64,000 bases of DNA from Candidatus Altimarinota bacterium (GTDB taxonomy: Bacteria > Patescibacteriota > Gracilibacteria > CAIRYL01 > GCA-016699755): NCBI GenBank assembly GCA_963664295.1, contig OY760935.1, forward strand, positions 1 through 64,000. The letters run 5' to 3'. Positions 19,590 to 28,370 of the stretch are shown piece after piece. The stretch's first letter is position 1. Each line of letters begins with the position of its first letter. Below the pieces are notes generated by a model. It did no database searches, had not been told where the DNA came from, and was given only the letters and a program-made list of their open reading frames with translations. Made by a program: the position numbers and the translations under genes.

Positions 19590-20985
19590 TTCATATGAAT
19601 ACCAAAATGACGGCAGAGAGGAGTTAATAAAAAATGTTAGAAATAAGCTTTTTGAATTGGCCATAGCTATTGATGCAAGTAATTTAGAAAGTGATACAAA
19701 ACAAAATTTAATTAACCTTAATAAGGAAAGAGAAGGAGCAGAAACCATGGTTAGAGTTCTGGAAAAAAATCATCAAGATTTAGAAAGTGATTTTAAAAAA
19801 CTTACTGAAGACATTGATGAGCTAAAAAAATTATACCCTGATGACCCAGAAGTAAAACATATTGTTTTGTTGTATCAAGAACTAAAAACAGAGTTTCAAA
19901 AAGATTTCTTTACGCCTATTCATAATTGGAGATCAGTAAGACAAATTGACAAAGAATTAAAAAAAGAAACAAGTCATTTTAAAGAAAAAAGAAGATCGCC
20001 CCAAGAGGCAATAAAAACAATTGACCCTAATTCTAAGTTTGGAAAGCAATTTTTTGCCTTACAAAAAGCCGGTGTACCAATTCAGTATTTAATTGAAGTT
20101 GATAAAAATGCACCAACTGTGCTTATTTTTACGCAAGTACACGCACCTGTGCCCACTGATTTTTACGAAAAATTAAGAAAGATTTACGAAAAATTAGGAA
20201 TAGAAAGTGAGGCAATTAAGTCTATTAACAAGAGTCAAATTGCAATAACAGAGGGCATAAAAACAGTTGATGGAAAAGTTTTTATTGAAGGTGTTGATCA
20301 AGGAAGCACTTCAGTTGCTCATGTAAAAAATTTTTATGGTGGTATGCATGAAACTTGGAATGAAGTTGATGGTGATTTTTCGGGAATAGAGTCAGCTTTA
20401 GTTCATAATTATTTTTTAAGTGACTATTTAGGGGGAGAGTTTAGGATATCAACAGAAAACATTTTTATAGCTGATTATATTGCAGACAACTTATTGGCAA
20501 CAGAAGATACAACAGCAGGTTTAATTATTGGTCTTGCACATGAAAAAGAACTCCTTAAAGACTCAATCTCCCTTTCGTCAGTATTAGCTAGCTTAGGAAT
20601 TAATACTATCGCTGTTGGTATTGATGATTATCAAAGTGTTTGGAGTAATGAGGGTAATTTTATGGTTTTTTTGAAGGCTATTTTAAATAGCGCTGATTCA
20701 GGCGATATTTTGAGTGTTATTTATCATAATATTGATAAAGATTTGCCAAATTATACAAATAGACAATTATTAAGAATAAATCAAAATTTTGACAATCTTG
20801 ATTTCAATGATCCAAAAAATCAATTAAAAATAGCAGCCCTTGCAAAGCAGAAAACTGTATTACCCATGCTTACTTCAATCAATATGTCTTTTGAAGACTT
20901 TGTAAGGATTATTAAAGAGTTAAAAAAAGGGTCAGACCCCAAAAAAGTAATAAACCAAGAAGCTAGTAAGAACAAGGAAAATTAA
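19573..20985 (+). CDS. Hypothetical protein: N-terminal coiled coil plus a possible EreA/ChaN/TraB(TIKI)-like domain
   Basis: LIFTQVH...SQ..I...VFIEG...ENIFIA...LIIGLAH motif order; the domain call is tentative. Confidence 0.6.
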   Translation: MAEIPSSYEYQNDGREELIKNVRNKLFELAIAIDASNLESDTKQNLINLNKEREGAETMVRVLEKNHQDLESDFKKLTEDIDELKKLYPDDPEVKHIVLLYQELKTEFQKDFFTPIHNWRSVRQIDKELKKETSHFKEKRRSPQEAIKTIDPNSKFGKQFFALQKAGVPIQYLIEVDKNAPTVLIFTQVHAPVPTDFYEKLRKIYEKLGIESEAIKSINKSQIAITEGIKTVDGKVFIEGVDQGSTSVAHVKNFYGGMHETWNEVDGDFSGIESALVHNYFLSDYLGGEFRISTENIFIADYIADNLLATEDTTAGLIIGLAHEKELLKDSISLSSVLASLGINTIAVGIDDYQSVWSNEGNFMVFLKAILNSADSGDILSVIYHNIDKDLPNYTNRQLLRINQNFDNLDFNDPKNQLKIAALAKQKTVLPMLTSINMSFEDFVRIIKELKKGSDPKKVINQEASKNKEN

Positions 20986-22812
20986 ATTTAGCAATCCGCC
21001 AACCCGAATAAAATCCGAAAATTTATAATTACCCGCAGAATAAACCATTGTGTTTGTTTGATAGCCAACAGGAGAAAGAAAAGAGGTCGAAGAGGCAAAC
21101 ATAATTACTAAAACAAAAGACCATGGGTCATATCCCAATTTTTCACTAACTTGAATAGCAATAGGAATTAAAAGCACAACAGTAGCATTGTTGGAAATAA
21201 TTTCAGTAATTAAAGTTGTGATTAAATAAAATAAACCTAATAAAATTAGAGGATGAAAACTAGAGGCGTTATTAACTATCATGCCAGCAAGAAAATCCGC
21301 AGCACCATTTTTTGTCATGGCAATTCCCAAAGGAATGACACCGGCCAAGAGAAAAATAACCTCCCAGTTTACTGATTTATAAAATTCACTTGGGCTGAGA
21401 CATCTTGTTAAAAACATTAAAAACACACCCAAGAGTGCGGCCACCATAATTGGCATAAAATTAAAAGTTGCCAACAAAATCATTAAAATCATTATTCCTA
21501 GGGCAGTTATTGTTTTTTTAGGGTTGTATTCACGCTTTACTTCCTCGAGTACCAAAAAATCACCAGAGTCTTCAATAGCCTGAAGATGAGCTGGTGAAGC
21601 TTTTATGAGTAATATTTCTCCTGGTTTTAACTTCATGTTTGCTAATGATTTAGTAGCAATGTCTTGTTCTGGTCTATGAATTCCCACTATCGAAGCACCA
21701 TATTTTTTTTGAAATTGAATTTCTGCTACCGTTCTGTTGGCAAAATAACGAGGATTTTTTTGAACAACTTTTACTATTTTGTTGTCCTCTCTGTTGCGCA
21801 TTTTTGTTTCTGAGTCGAAATTGAGTAAAATTTGTTCATTTTTAAATTTATCAAACTCAATTATTTGTTTTTCATTGGCATAAAGAACCATTACATCATT
21901 TTCTTCTATTTTTTTGCGACCAACGCTCTGGACAATAGATTGTCCTCCGCGAATTATCTTGATTACTCTTGTTTGATATCTGTCTTTAAATTTTAAATCT
22001 TGTAGTGTTTTTCCAATCCAATCTGAATCTGCGCCTACTTTAATTTCAATTAAAAAATCTTTTGCCCATCTTTCCTCCTCCTCTTCGGTATTTTTTCTGT
22101 CAGGCAATAAAAATCTGCCAAAGCTTAATAAATAAATAATTCCCACAATCAAAACAATTGCTCCTATGTGAGAGAAAGTAAACATAGAGAAAGTTGGTAA
22201 ACCTTCTTGTTCAAGAACAGAATTTGCCAGGATATTAGTAGAAGTTCCGATTAGGGTTAATGTTCCTCCCATCATAGAAAAAAATGAAAGAGGAATAAGC
22301 AGTCTTGTTGCTGACACTTTTGTTCGTCTTGCCATGCTTAATATCATTGGTAGGAAAACAGCAACTGCGGCTGTATTATTGATAAATCCAGAAACAGGAG
22401 CAACCAAGATGGCAATGGCAATCATCTGTAAAATTGGCGATTTACCAGTTAAACGAAAAATAACATTACCTGCTTTATGAATAATTCCTGTGTTTTCTAT
22501 TCCTTTAGACAAAATAAACATACAAAGAACTGTGATTGTTGCTGAATTAGCAAAGCCAGAGACACCCTCTTCAGGAGTGACCAAGCCAGTTATCATTAAA
22601 GTAATCATGATCAGCATAGCAGTCATATCCACTGGAAGTTTTTCTGCCATAAAAAAATAAAGCGCTCCTATAACAATAGCGAGCACTTTGACCATTGGTG
22701 CAGCAAAAATAAGAATTACAACCTCAATAATACAAAAAAAGATAAAAAGCCAATTTTCCCAATTAAGCTCAATACGCTTTTTTAATTTTTTATTTAAAAT
22801 ATTTAAGTTCAT
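20932..22812 (-). CDS. SLC13/DASS-family permease with TrkA-C domains
   Basis: SGFINNT, GGTLTLIGTSTN and SPVGYQTNTMVY motifs; central soluble RCK_C repeats. Confidence 0.92.
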   Translation of the reverse strand: MNLNILNKKLKKRIELNWENWLFIFFCIIEVVILIFAAPMVKVLAIVIGALYFFMAEKLPVDMTAMLIMITLMITGLVTPEEGVSGFANSATITVLCMFILSKGIENTGIIHKAGNVIFRLTGKSPILQMIAIAILVAPVSGFINNTAAVAVFLPMILSMARRTKVSATRLLIPLSFFSMMGGTLTLIGTSTNILANSVLEQEGLPTFSMFTFSHIGAIVLIVGIIYLLSFGRFLLPDRKNTEEEEERWAKDFLIEIKVGADSDWIGKTLQDLKFKDRYQTRVIKIIRGGQSIVQSVGRKKIEENDVMVLYANEKQIIEFDKFKNEQILLNFDSETKMRNREDNKIVKVVQKNPRYFANRTVAEIQFQKKYGASIVGIHRPEQDIATKSLANMKLKPGEILLIKASPAHLQAIEDSGDFLVLEEVKREYNPKKTITALGIMILMILLATFNFMPIMVAALLGVFLMFLTRCLSPSEFYKSVNWEVIFLLAGVIPLGIAMTKNGAADFLAGMIVNNASSFHPLILLGLFYLITTLITEIISNNATVVLLIPIAIQVSEKLGYDPWSFVLVIMFASSTSFLSPVGYQTNTMVYSAGNYKFSDFIRVGGLLNLIFLVLTSFLVYYFFGV

Positions 22813-22858
22813 TAACTAAAAAACCTCTAAGCAACTCTAATACTTTTTTGTTTTTAAA

Positions 22859-25207
22859 TCAATCTTGCTTATTTTTTAGAAAATTTTTAACTATTTCTTC
22901 TATTTTTTCTTGGTCAAGAAATTTTTTTGGCAATTCTTCCGGCAAAGCAGTAAAAAAATGATTACCCCAGGAATTATTTTGAGTGATTTTTGGATCAGCA
23001 CAGAAAAAAACAAAAGGCTCTTTTTTGCTAATAGCTAAATAAAATATTTTTAAAAACCTTTGGATAGCTCGCGGGAGTGCAAAATCCATAAAGCCATTAT
23101 TAAAAAGAGCTTGTCTTGCTTCCAAGAGAGGTTGTTTTGGTGGGTCAAAAGCAAATTTTTGCAAATAATAAATACTAAAATGTTCATCAATTTTTTTAAG
23201 CAATGTGCCTGCTTGATTAAAAGTGACCAAAGCTATTTTGTTTCCATTTTGAGCAGAAAACATACCTGCTGTTTTACCAATACTGCCCATATTTCTGGCA
23301 ATAGTATCAATATTTTTTTCATCTAATAAATCTTTTATTCGCTTAACCATTGTTTGTGAGGCGAGTATAGAAAATATATTTCCTATATTGATTTTTTTTA
23401 AAAATTCTATTTGTTCAGTAATATAATCAATACTTCTTTCATTACCATTTTTTCCGTTTGCAGGAGCAATAAAAAAACCATTGTTTTGGTAATCAAAATC
23501 AGGTTCAAATTTTTGGTAATCGAAACCTAAGCCATAAAAAGGAAAACTTAATTCTTTTATTTCTGGATTTTTTGCAAAAACATTAGCTAGTAATATTGTT
23601 GAATTTTTATTTTCCGTTAAATCATTAATATGTTTTTTTAAATCAACTGGAAAATTACTAAAGCCAACGCTATTGTCCGGAAAAACAGTTAAGATTTTTA
23701 TATTATTTGCTTCTGCTTTTTCTTGGAAAAAATTTTGCCAATTTTCTAGTTCTTGAATTAAATAATCTTCATCAGGAAATAGATTTTTTAATTCTTTTTT
23801 TGCCTCATTAAATCCTTCAGCAAAGTTTTTAAATTCAACAGAGTGCTCATCTTGAGCGATTATTTTGAAAGACTCTGGAAAATTACTTTGTTGTGTTCTT
23901 TCGCGAGCATATTTTGCAACTAAGCCAAAGCCAAAAAATAAACCATCAAGAAATCTGCTTTGAGATTGGGTTTTTACTTTTTTATTTAATCTTTCAAAAT
24001 ATTTTGAAGCTGACCTAGTTCCATAAATATTAGTCAGATTATTATCAAGTTCATCTGCATTAGTAATTATTAAATCACCACCTTCAAAAAGATGAAGAGC
24101 AGAAAAAGGAATAAAAATATTTTTGACATTTTTTGCTTCCTGAATTGCATTTTTTGCAGGGCATTCTTCGGGGCAGTTTTCGTGATTTTTTTGTGATAAA
24201 TATTTATAGAAAATGCTTATTTCTTCACCCTTAAGGTGTAATTCACTGATATGATTTTTGTCATGAATTGTTGCCTTGAGCAGGGTAGTTGTTTCTATTT
24301 TATTAAAACTTTCTTTTTGATTAAATTCTTCTAGTTTGTTTTTACAAATAAAATTTTCTTCAGCATCAAAAATGGTAAGTCCAGGATTTTTTTTACCTGT
24401 AATTATTGTTTTTTCTTTATTTTTTTGTGCAATTAAAAAAGCAAGATTTTTTTGCGAGATTGAAGCTGGTATTTCAATTGCTCTTTTTTTGCCTTTTTCA
24501 ATTTTTTCTGCAATTAAAGAGCTTATTTTTTCTTCTTCTGTTGTGAATTTCACTGTGTTTGTTTGGATATTTTCTACATCAAAAAGAGAATTTTGGGGGT
24601 TTTCTTCTTTTTTTTCAAAAAACTCTGCAATTTCTTCAAAAAATACTTTGCCAGGCCACTCACTTTTTTTAAGAATTATTGAAATTTTTTGAAATAATTT
24701 TTTATTCCATTCTTTTTGGGTTTTTTCTTGTAATTTTCGCCAAACACCAATAGTAGCCATCACATCAGCCATAGCTCTGTGAGCATTTTCATGCTTGATA
24801 TTAAATTTATTTGCCAAAACCTCGAGAGAATAAGATTGCTCATCAGGCAAAAGCAGAGTTGCAAGGTCAAAAGTATCTATTTCTGGATATTCTAGGTCAA
24901 ATTCTTTTTGATTTAAAAATCCAATATCAAAAGCACTATTATGAGCAACTAAAATATCACCCGGTTTTAAAAATTTTTCTGTAAAATCAGTGCGAACCTT
25001 GGAAAGAATTGGTGCATTTTTTACTTCTTCATTTTTTATTCCAGTTAATTTTTCAATTTCTTCTGGTATTTCTTTGTATGGTTGTACGAGTGAATCGAAT
25101 TTTTTACCAATTTTTCCATTTTCAACACGCACAGCAGAAAGCTCGATAATATCATCATTTTCTGGAATTAAGCCTGTGGTTTCAATATCTATAAATACGA
25201 GTGACAT
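22859..25207 (-). CDS. DnaQ-like DEDDh exonuclease fused to a degenerate DinG-like helicase
   Basis: DIETTG, AHN..FD and HRA..D exonuclease motifs; C-terminal LQKFAFDPP..P, LPRA...F.K and DPKI resemble DinG helicase C-2. Confidence 0.8.
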   Translation of the reverse strand: MSLVFIDIETTGLIPENDDIIELSAVRVENGKIGKKFDSLVQPYKEIPEEIEKLTGIKNEEVKNAPILSKVRTDFTEKFLKPGDILVAHNSAFDIGFLNQKEFDLEYPEIDTFDLATLLLPDEQSYSLEVLANKFNIKHENAHRAMADVMATIGVWRKLQEKTQKEWNKKLFQKISIILKKSEWPGKVFFEEIAEFFEKKEENPQNSLFDVENIQTNTVKFTTEEEKISSLIAEKIEKGKKRAIEIPASISQKNLAFLIAQKNKEKTIITGKKNPGLTIFDAEENFICKNKLEEFNQKESFNKIETTTLLKATIHDKNHISELHLKGEEISIFYKYLSQKNHENCPEECPAKNAIQEAKNVKNIFIPFSALHLFEGGDLIITNADELDNNLTNIYGTRSASKYFERLNKKVKTQSQSRFLDGLFFGFGLVAKYARERTQQSNFPESFKIIAQDEHSVEFKNFAEGFNEAKKELKNLFPDEDYLIQELENWQNFFQEKAEANNIKILTVFPDNSVGFSNFPVDLKKHINDLTENKNSTILLANVFAKNPEIKELSFPFYGLGFDYQKFEPDFDYQNNGFFIAPANGKNGNERSIDYITEQIEFLKKINIGNIFSILASQTMVKRIKDLLDEKNIDTIARNMGSIGKTAGMFSAQNGNKIALVTFNQAGTLLKKIDEHFSIYYLQKFAFDPPKQPLLEARQALFNNGFMDFALPRAIQRFLKIFYLAISKKEPFVFFCADPKITQNNSWGNHFFTALPEELPKKFLDQEKIEEIVKNFLKNKQD

Positions 25208-25325
25208 GCTTATATTTTGCCATAGTTTTTTATTTTTTTACTAATTTATTTAATTTGTTTTAATTTTCTTATTTCTTGCGCAAAAAAGTCATTGCCTGTA
25301 ATTTAATACAGGTTATTTTCTTATT

Positions 25326-26078
25326 ATGAAAACTCTTTTAGCTCTTTCTAAAAACACATTTAAAGAAACTATTCGTGATCGAATTCTTTTTGTGATTATT
25401 TTTTTTGCAATTATTTTTATTTTTTCTTCTCAGCTTGCCGGAGAGATTTCTGCTCGTCAGAATGAAAAAATAATTATTGATTTTGGCTTGGCAATGATCA
25501 ATATTTTTGGAGTTTTGATTACTGTTTTTGTGGGGACTAATTTGGTTTATAAGGAAATTGAAAGAAAAACTGTTTTTATACTTCTTTCTAAGCCAATTCC
25601 GCGTAGTATTTTTATTTTATCTAAATTTTTTGGTCTTGGTGCTGTGCTTTTCTTGGCCACTTTTTTAATGAGTGTAATTTTCTTTTTATTAGCTCCTTTT
25701 TGCTGGTCTTTTGTGTTGGCTGTTTTGATGATGTTTTTTTCTTTTTTGCTTTTATTGGCTGTGGTTTTGTTTTTTTCCAGCTTTATGCAACCTTTATTAT
25801 CAGCCTTTGCCTCATTTATTGTTTTTATTATTGGTCATATTACTGTGGATATGAAAATTTTTGCAGAAAATAATGATGTCTCGCCTTTGTTTATGAAATT
25901 TACTGATTTTATTTATTATTTATGGCCGAATTTTGAAATCTTGAATTTAAAAAATATTGTTTTATATGATTTTGTTTTTACTACTAGTGATGCTTTTTAT
26001 GCTTTATTAACTACTTTTGTTTATATTTTTGTTTTGCTTTTTTGTGGAGTTTTAATTTTTTCTCGTCGAGAATTTTAA
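25326..26078 (+). CDS. ABC-2 type permease (PilI/XapC-like)
   Basis: NTFKETIRDR and EIERKT...LSKPI.R..FIL.KF.G motifs; multiple TMs. Confidence 0.85.
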   Translation: MKTLLALSKNTFKETIRDRILFVIIFFAIIFIFSSQLAGEISARQNEKIIIDFGLAMINIFGVLITVFVGTNLVYKEIERKTVFILLSKPIPRSIFILSKFFGLGAVLFLATFLMSVIFFLLAPFCWSFVLAVLMMFFSFLLLLAVVLFFSSFMQPLLSAFASFIVFIIGHITVDMKIFAENNDVSPLFMKFTDFIYYLWPNFEILNLKNIVLYDFVFTTSDAFYALLTTFVYIFVLLFCGVLIFSRREF

Positions 26079-26980
26079 TGTTTAATTGCCTTAAAAATTT
26101 TTTGGCTTTTTTGATTGTTTTTGTTTTTGCTGGGTCTTTGGTTTTTTGTTTTAAAAATCAAACTTGGAAAAATGCAGAAATTAATTTTTTTAGAGCTGAT
26201 AAGATGGCTGGTTTTGTGCCAAAGGGCGAAAATATAAAAAAAATAACAATTGGTTTTGATAATTTTTTAGCTGATTTATATTGGCTTCGTTCTGTGCAAT
26301 TTTCTGGTGCAAATGTGAGGGATTTTAGTTTTGATTCTTTGTATGAATATTTAGATTTAATTACTGATCTTGATCCTTATTTTGAGGGCGCTTATCTTCA
26401 AGGTAGCTATCTTTTGCCTTTGGCAAATAAATTAGAAGAAGCTGATCTTATTTTGCAAAAAGGCGAAGAAAATTTGCCTCATAATTGGCAAATTTTTTGG
26501 AATCATGGTTTTTTGAAATATTATTACTTAAATGATTATGAGGGCGCTATTTTTTTGTATGAAGAATGTTTAAAAATTGAAGGTTGTTTAAAAGGAGCAG
26601 AAAGAACAATAATAAATTTGCAGGCAAAAACAGGTAAATATGAAATAGCTTTGCAGGAGTGGTTAAGAATTTATGAAAATCAGGAAACCGATGAAAACAC
26701 AAGAGAATTAGCTAAATTAAAAATTGAAGAAACTGCAAAAATTATAAATTTAAATAAATTAGCCAATGAATTTGTTGGTGAAATTAATTCTATTACTGAT
26801 TTAAAAAAATATTATGAAAATTTAAATCCGGTTATACAAAAGCAAAAAACAAGCCCTGTTTTGATTGAGGTCTTAAAGGTTTTTCCTGACATGAATTCTG
26901 ATCCTTTTTATACACCATTTGAGAAAAATCCTTTTTATTGGGATCAGGAAAAGAAAATAGTGAGAACTAAAAATTGGTAA
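26078..26980 (+). CDS. Membrane-anchored TPR-like protein (PilG/XapA-like)
   Basis: TAATG coupling at 26076-26080; GF...LADLYWLR and TDLDPYF..AY motifs. Confidence 0.7.
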   Translation: MFNCLKNFLAFLIVFVFAGSLVFCFKNQTWKNAEINFFRADKMAGFVPKGENIKKITIGFDNFLADLYWLRSVQFSGANVRDFSFDSLYEYLDLITDLDPYFEGAYLQGSYLLPLANKLEEADLILQKGEENLPHNWQIFWNHGFLKYYYLNDYEGAIFLYEECLKIEGCLKGAERTIINLQAKTGKYEIALQEWLRIYENQETDENTRELAKLKIEETAKIINLNKLANEFVGEINSITDLKKYYENLNPVIQKQKTSPVLIEVLKVFPDMNSDPFYTPFEKNPFYWDQEKKIVRTKNW

Positions 26981-28237
26981 TTATTTTTTAATTTTTTTGC
27001 GAGCAAGGCAAAAAATTTCTTCTTTTGAGAATTTTTTTGCTTCTTTTTTATTTATTTTAATAAAAATATTTTTATCTCCGCCATGGGCAGAATTTGTTTC
27101 TGTATCGTCTGCATAGCGCATTTTTTTAAGCTCTATTTCAAAATCATCTTCAAAATCAGGAAAAATAAATTCTATTTTTTCGCCTATATTTAGGCGATTT
27201 TTTACTTTTAATTCAATTTCATTGTTTTTTGGGTCGAATTTTTCCACTATTCCGGCAAATTCATGGCTTGAATAACTTGATCTTTTGTCGTATTCAATTG
27301 ATTTTGCTAGTGGGTCACCGCTAAAAAATCCCTCCATAAAGCCACGATGGGCTGTGCTTTCTAATTCTTTTAATAATTTTTTGTAATCAGGTTTTTTACC
27401 TGATTTTATGTCTTTTATTGCTTTTTTGTACGCCCTATTTACAACCGCATTGTAATAAACTGTTTTATTTCTACCTTCGATTTTTAGGCTATCCACACCA
27501 ATTTTTATTAGTTTTTCAATTATTTTTAAGGCACACATATCTTTTGAGTTCATTAAATAACTTCCAAATTCATCTTCTATTATTTCCATGTATTCACCTG
27601 GGCGCTCTTCTTCTTCAAGAAAATAACGCATTTTCCAGTTCCAGCGACAAGATTGGGCACATATTCCCTGATTTGCATCACGACCAGTTAAATAATTTGA
27701 AATTAAGCACCTGCCAGAGTGAGAAACGCAAATAGCACCATGAACAAAAGTTTCAAATTCTAGGTCTGGATTTTGTTTAATTATTTCCTCAATTTCACTT
27801 AGGGATAATTCTCGCGAAAGAATAACCCTTGTTATGCCTTGTTTTTGCCAAAATTTTGCACTTGCCCAGTTCATTGTGTTTTGTTGGACTGATAAATGAA
27901 GCTCTGCTTCTGGAAAATTTTCACGAATTAGCATAATTAAGCCAGGATCTGAGATAATAAAAGCATCTGGTTTTAGTTCGATCATTTCTTTGAACGCCTT
28001 TAAAAAAGGAGTAATTTTAAAATTACGAGGCATTATATTTGTTGTGAAGTAGATTTTTTTGCCTTTTTTTCTGCAATAATCAACTGCTTCTTTTAAAAAG
28101 CTAAGATCAAATTTATTTTCTTTTGTTCGCAAGGAAAACATGGGCACGCCTGCATAAACAGCATCTGCTCCATAGGCTAGGGCGTATTTTAATTTTTGCA
28201 TATTGCCGGCTGGTGCGAGTAATTCTGTTTTTTTCAC
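26981..28237 (-). CDS. Peptidase U32 family protein (TrhP/YegQ-type tRNA hydroxylase)
   Basis: ELLAPAG, GADAVY, HLSVQ, HGAICVSHSGRC, CAQSCRW and SLKIEGR motifs; GTG start. Confidence 0.92.
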   Translation of the reverse strand: MKKTELLAPAGNMQKLKYALAYGADAVYAGVPMFSLRTKENKFDLSFLKEAVDYCRKKGKKIYFTTNIMPRNFKITPFLKAFKEMIELKPDAFIISDPGLIMLIRENFPEAELHLSVQQNTMNWASAKFWQKQGITRVILSRELSLSEIEEIIKQNPDLEFETFVHGAICVSHSGRCLISNYLTGRDANQGICAQSCRWNWKMRYFLEEEERPGEYMEIIEDEFGSYLMNSKDMCALKIIEKLIKIGVDSLKIEGRNKTVYYNAVVNRAYKKAIKDIKSGKKPDYKKLLKELESTAHRGFMEGFFSGDPLAKSIEYDKRSSYSSHEFAGIVEKFDPKNNEIELKVKNRLNIGEKIEFIFPDFEDDFEIELKKMRYADDTETNSAHGGDKNIFIKINKKEAKKFSKEEIFCLARKKIKK

Positions 28238-28370
28238 CTGGAAATCTTGCCTTTTTTTATTGATAAATTCAAGTTTTGTTTATTTTTAGGGATTTTGTTG
28301 AGTAAAATCTTGTTTTTTTACTTTATAAGTGATAAAATAATATGATTAAAAAAACTTTTTAAAAATAAAA

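Noticed and set aside
13710-20985. Prophage or ICE integrated at tRNA-Ile2
   Set aside because: No integrase, phage or conjugation gene, and the tRNA 3' duplicate is only 177 bp away; I saw no distal att copy.
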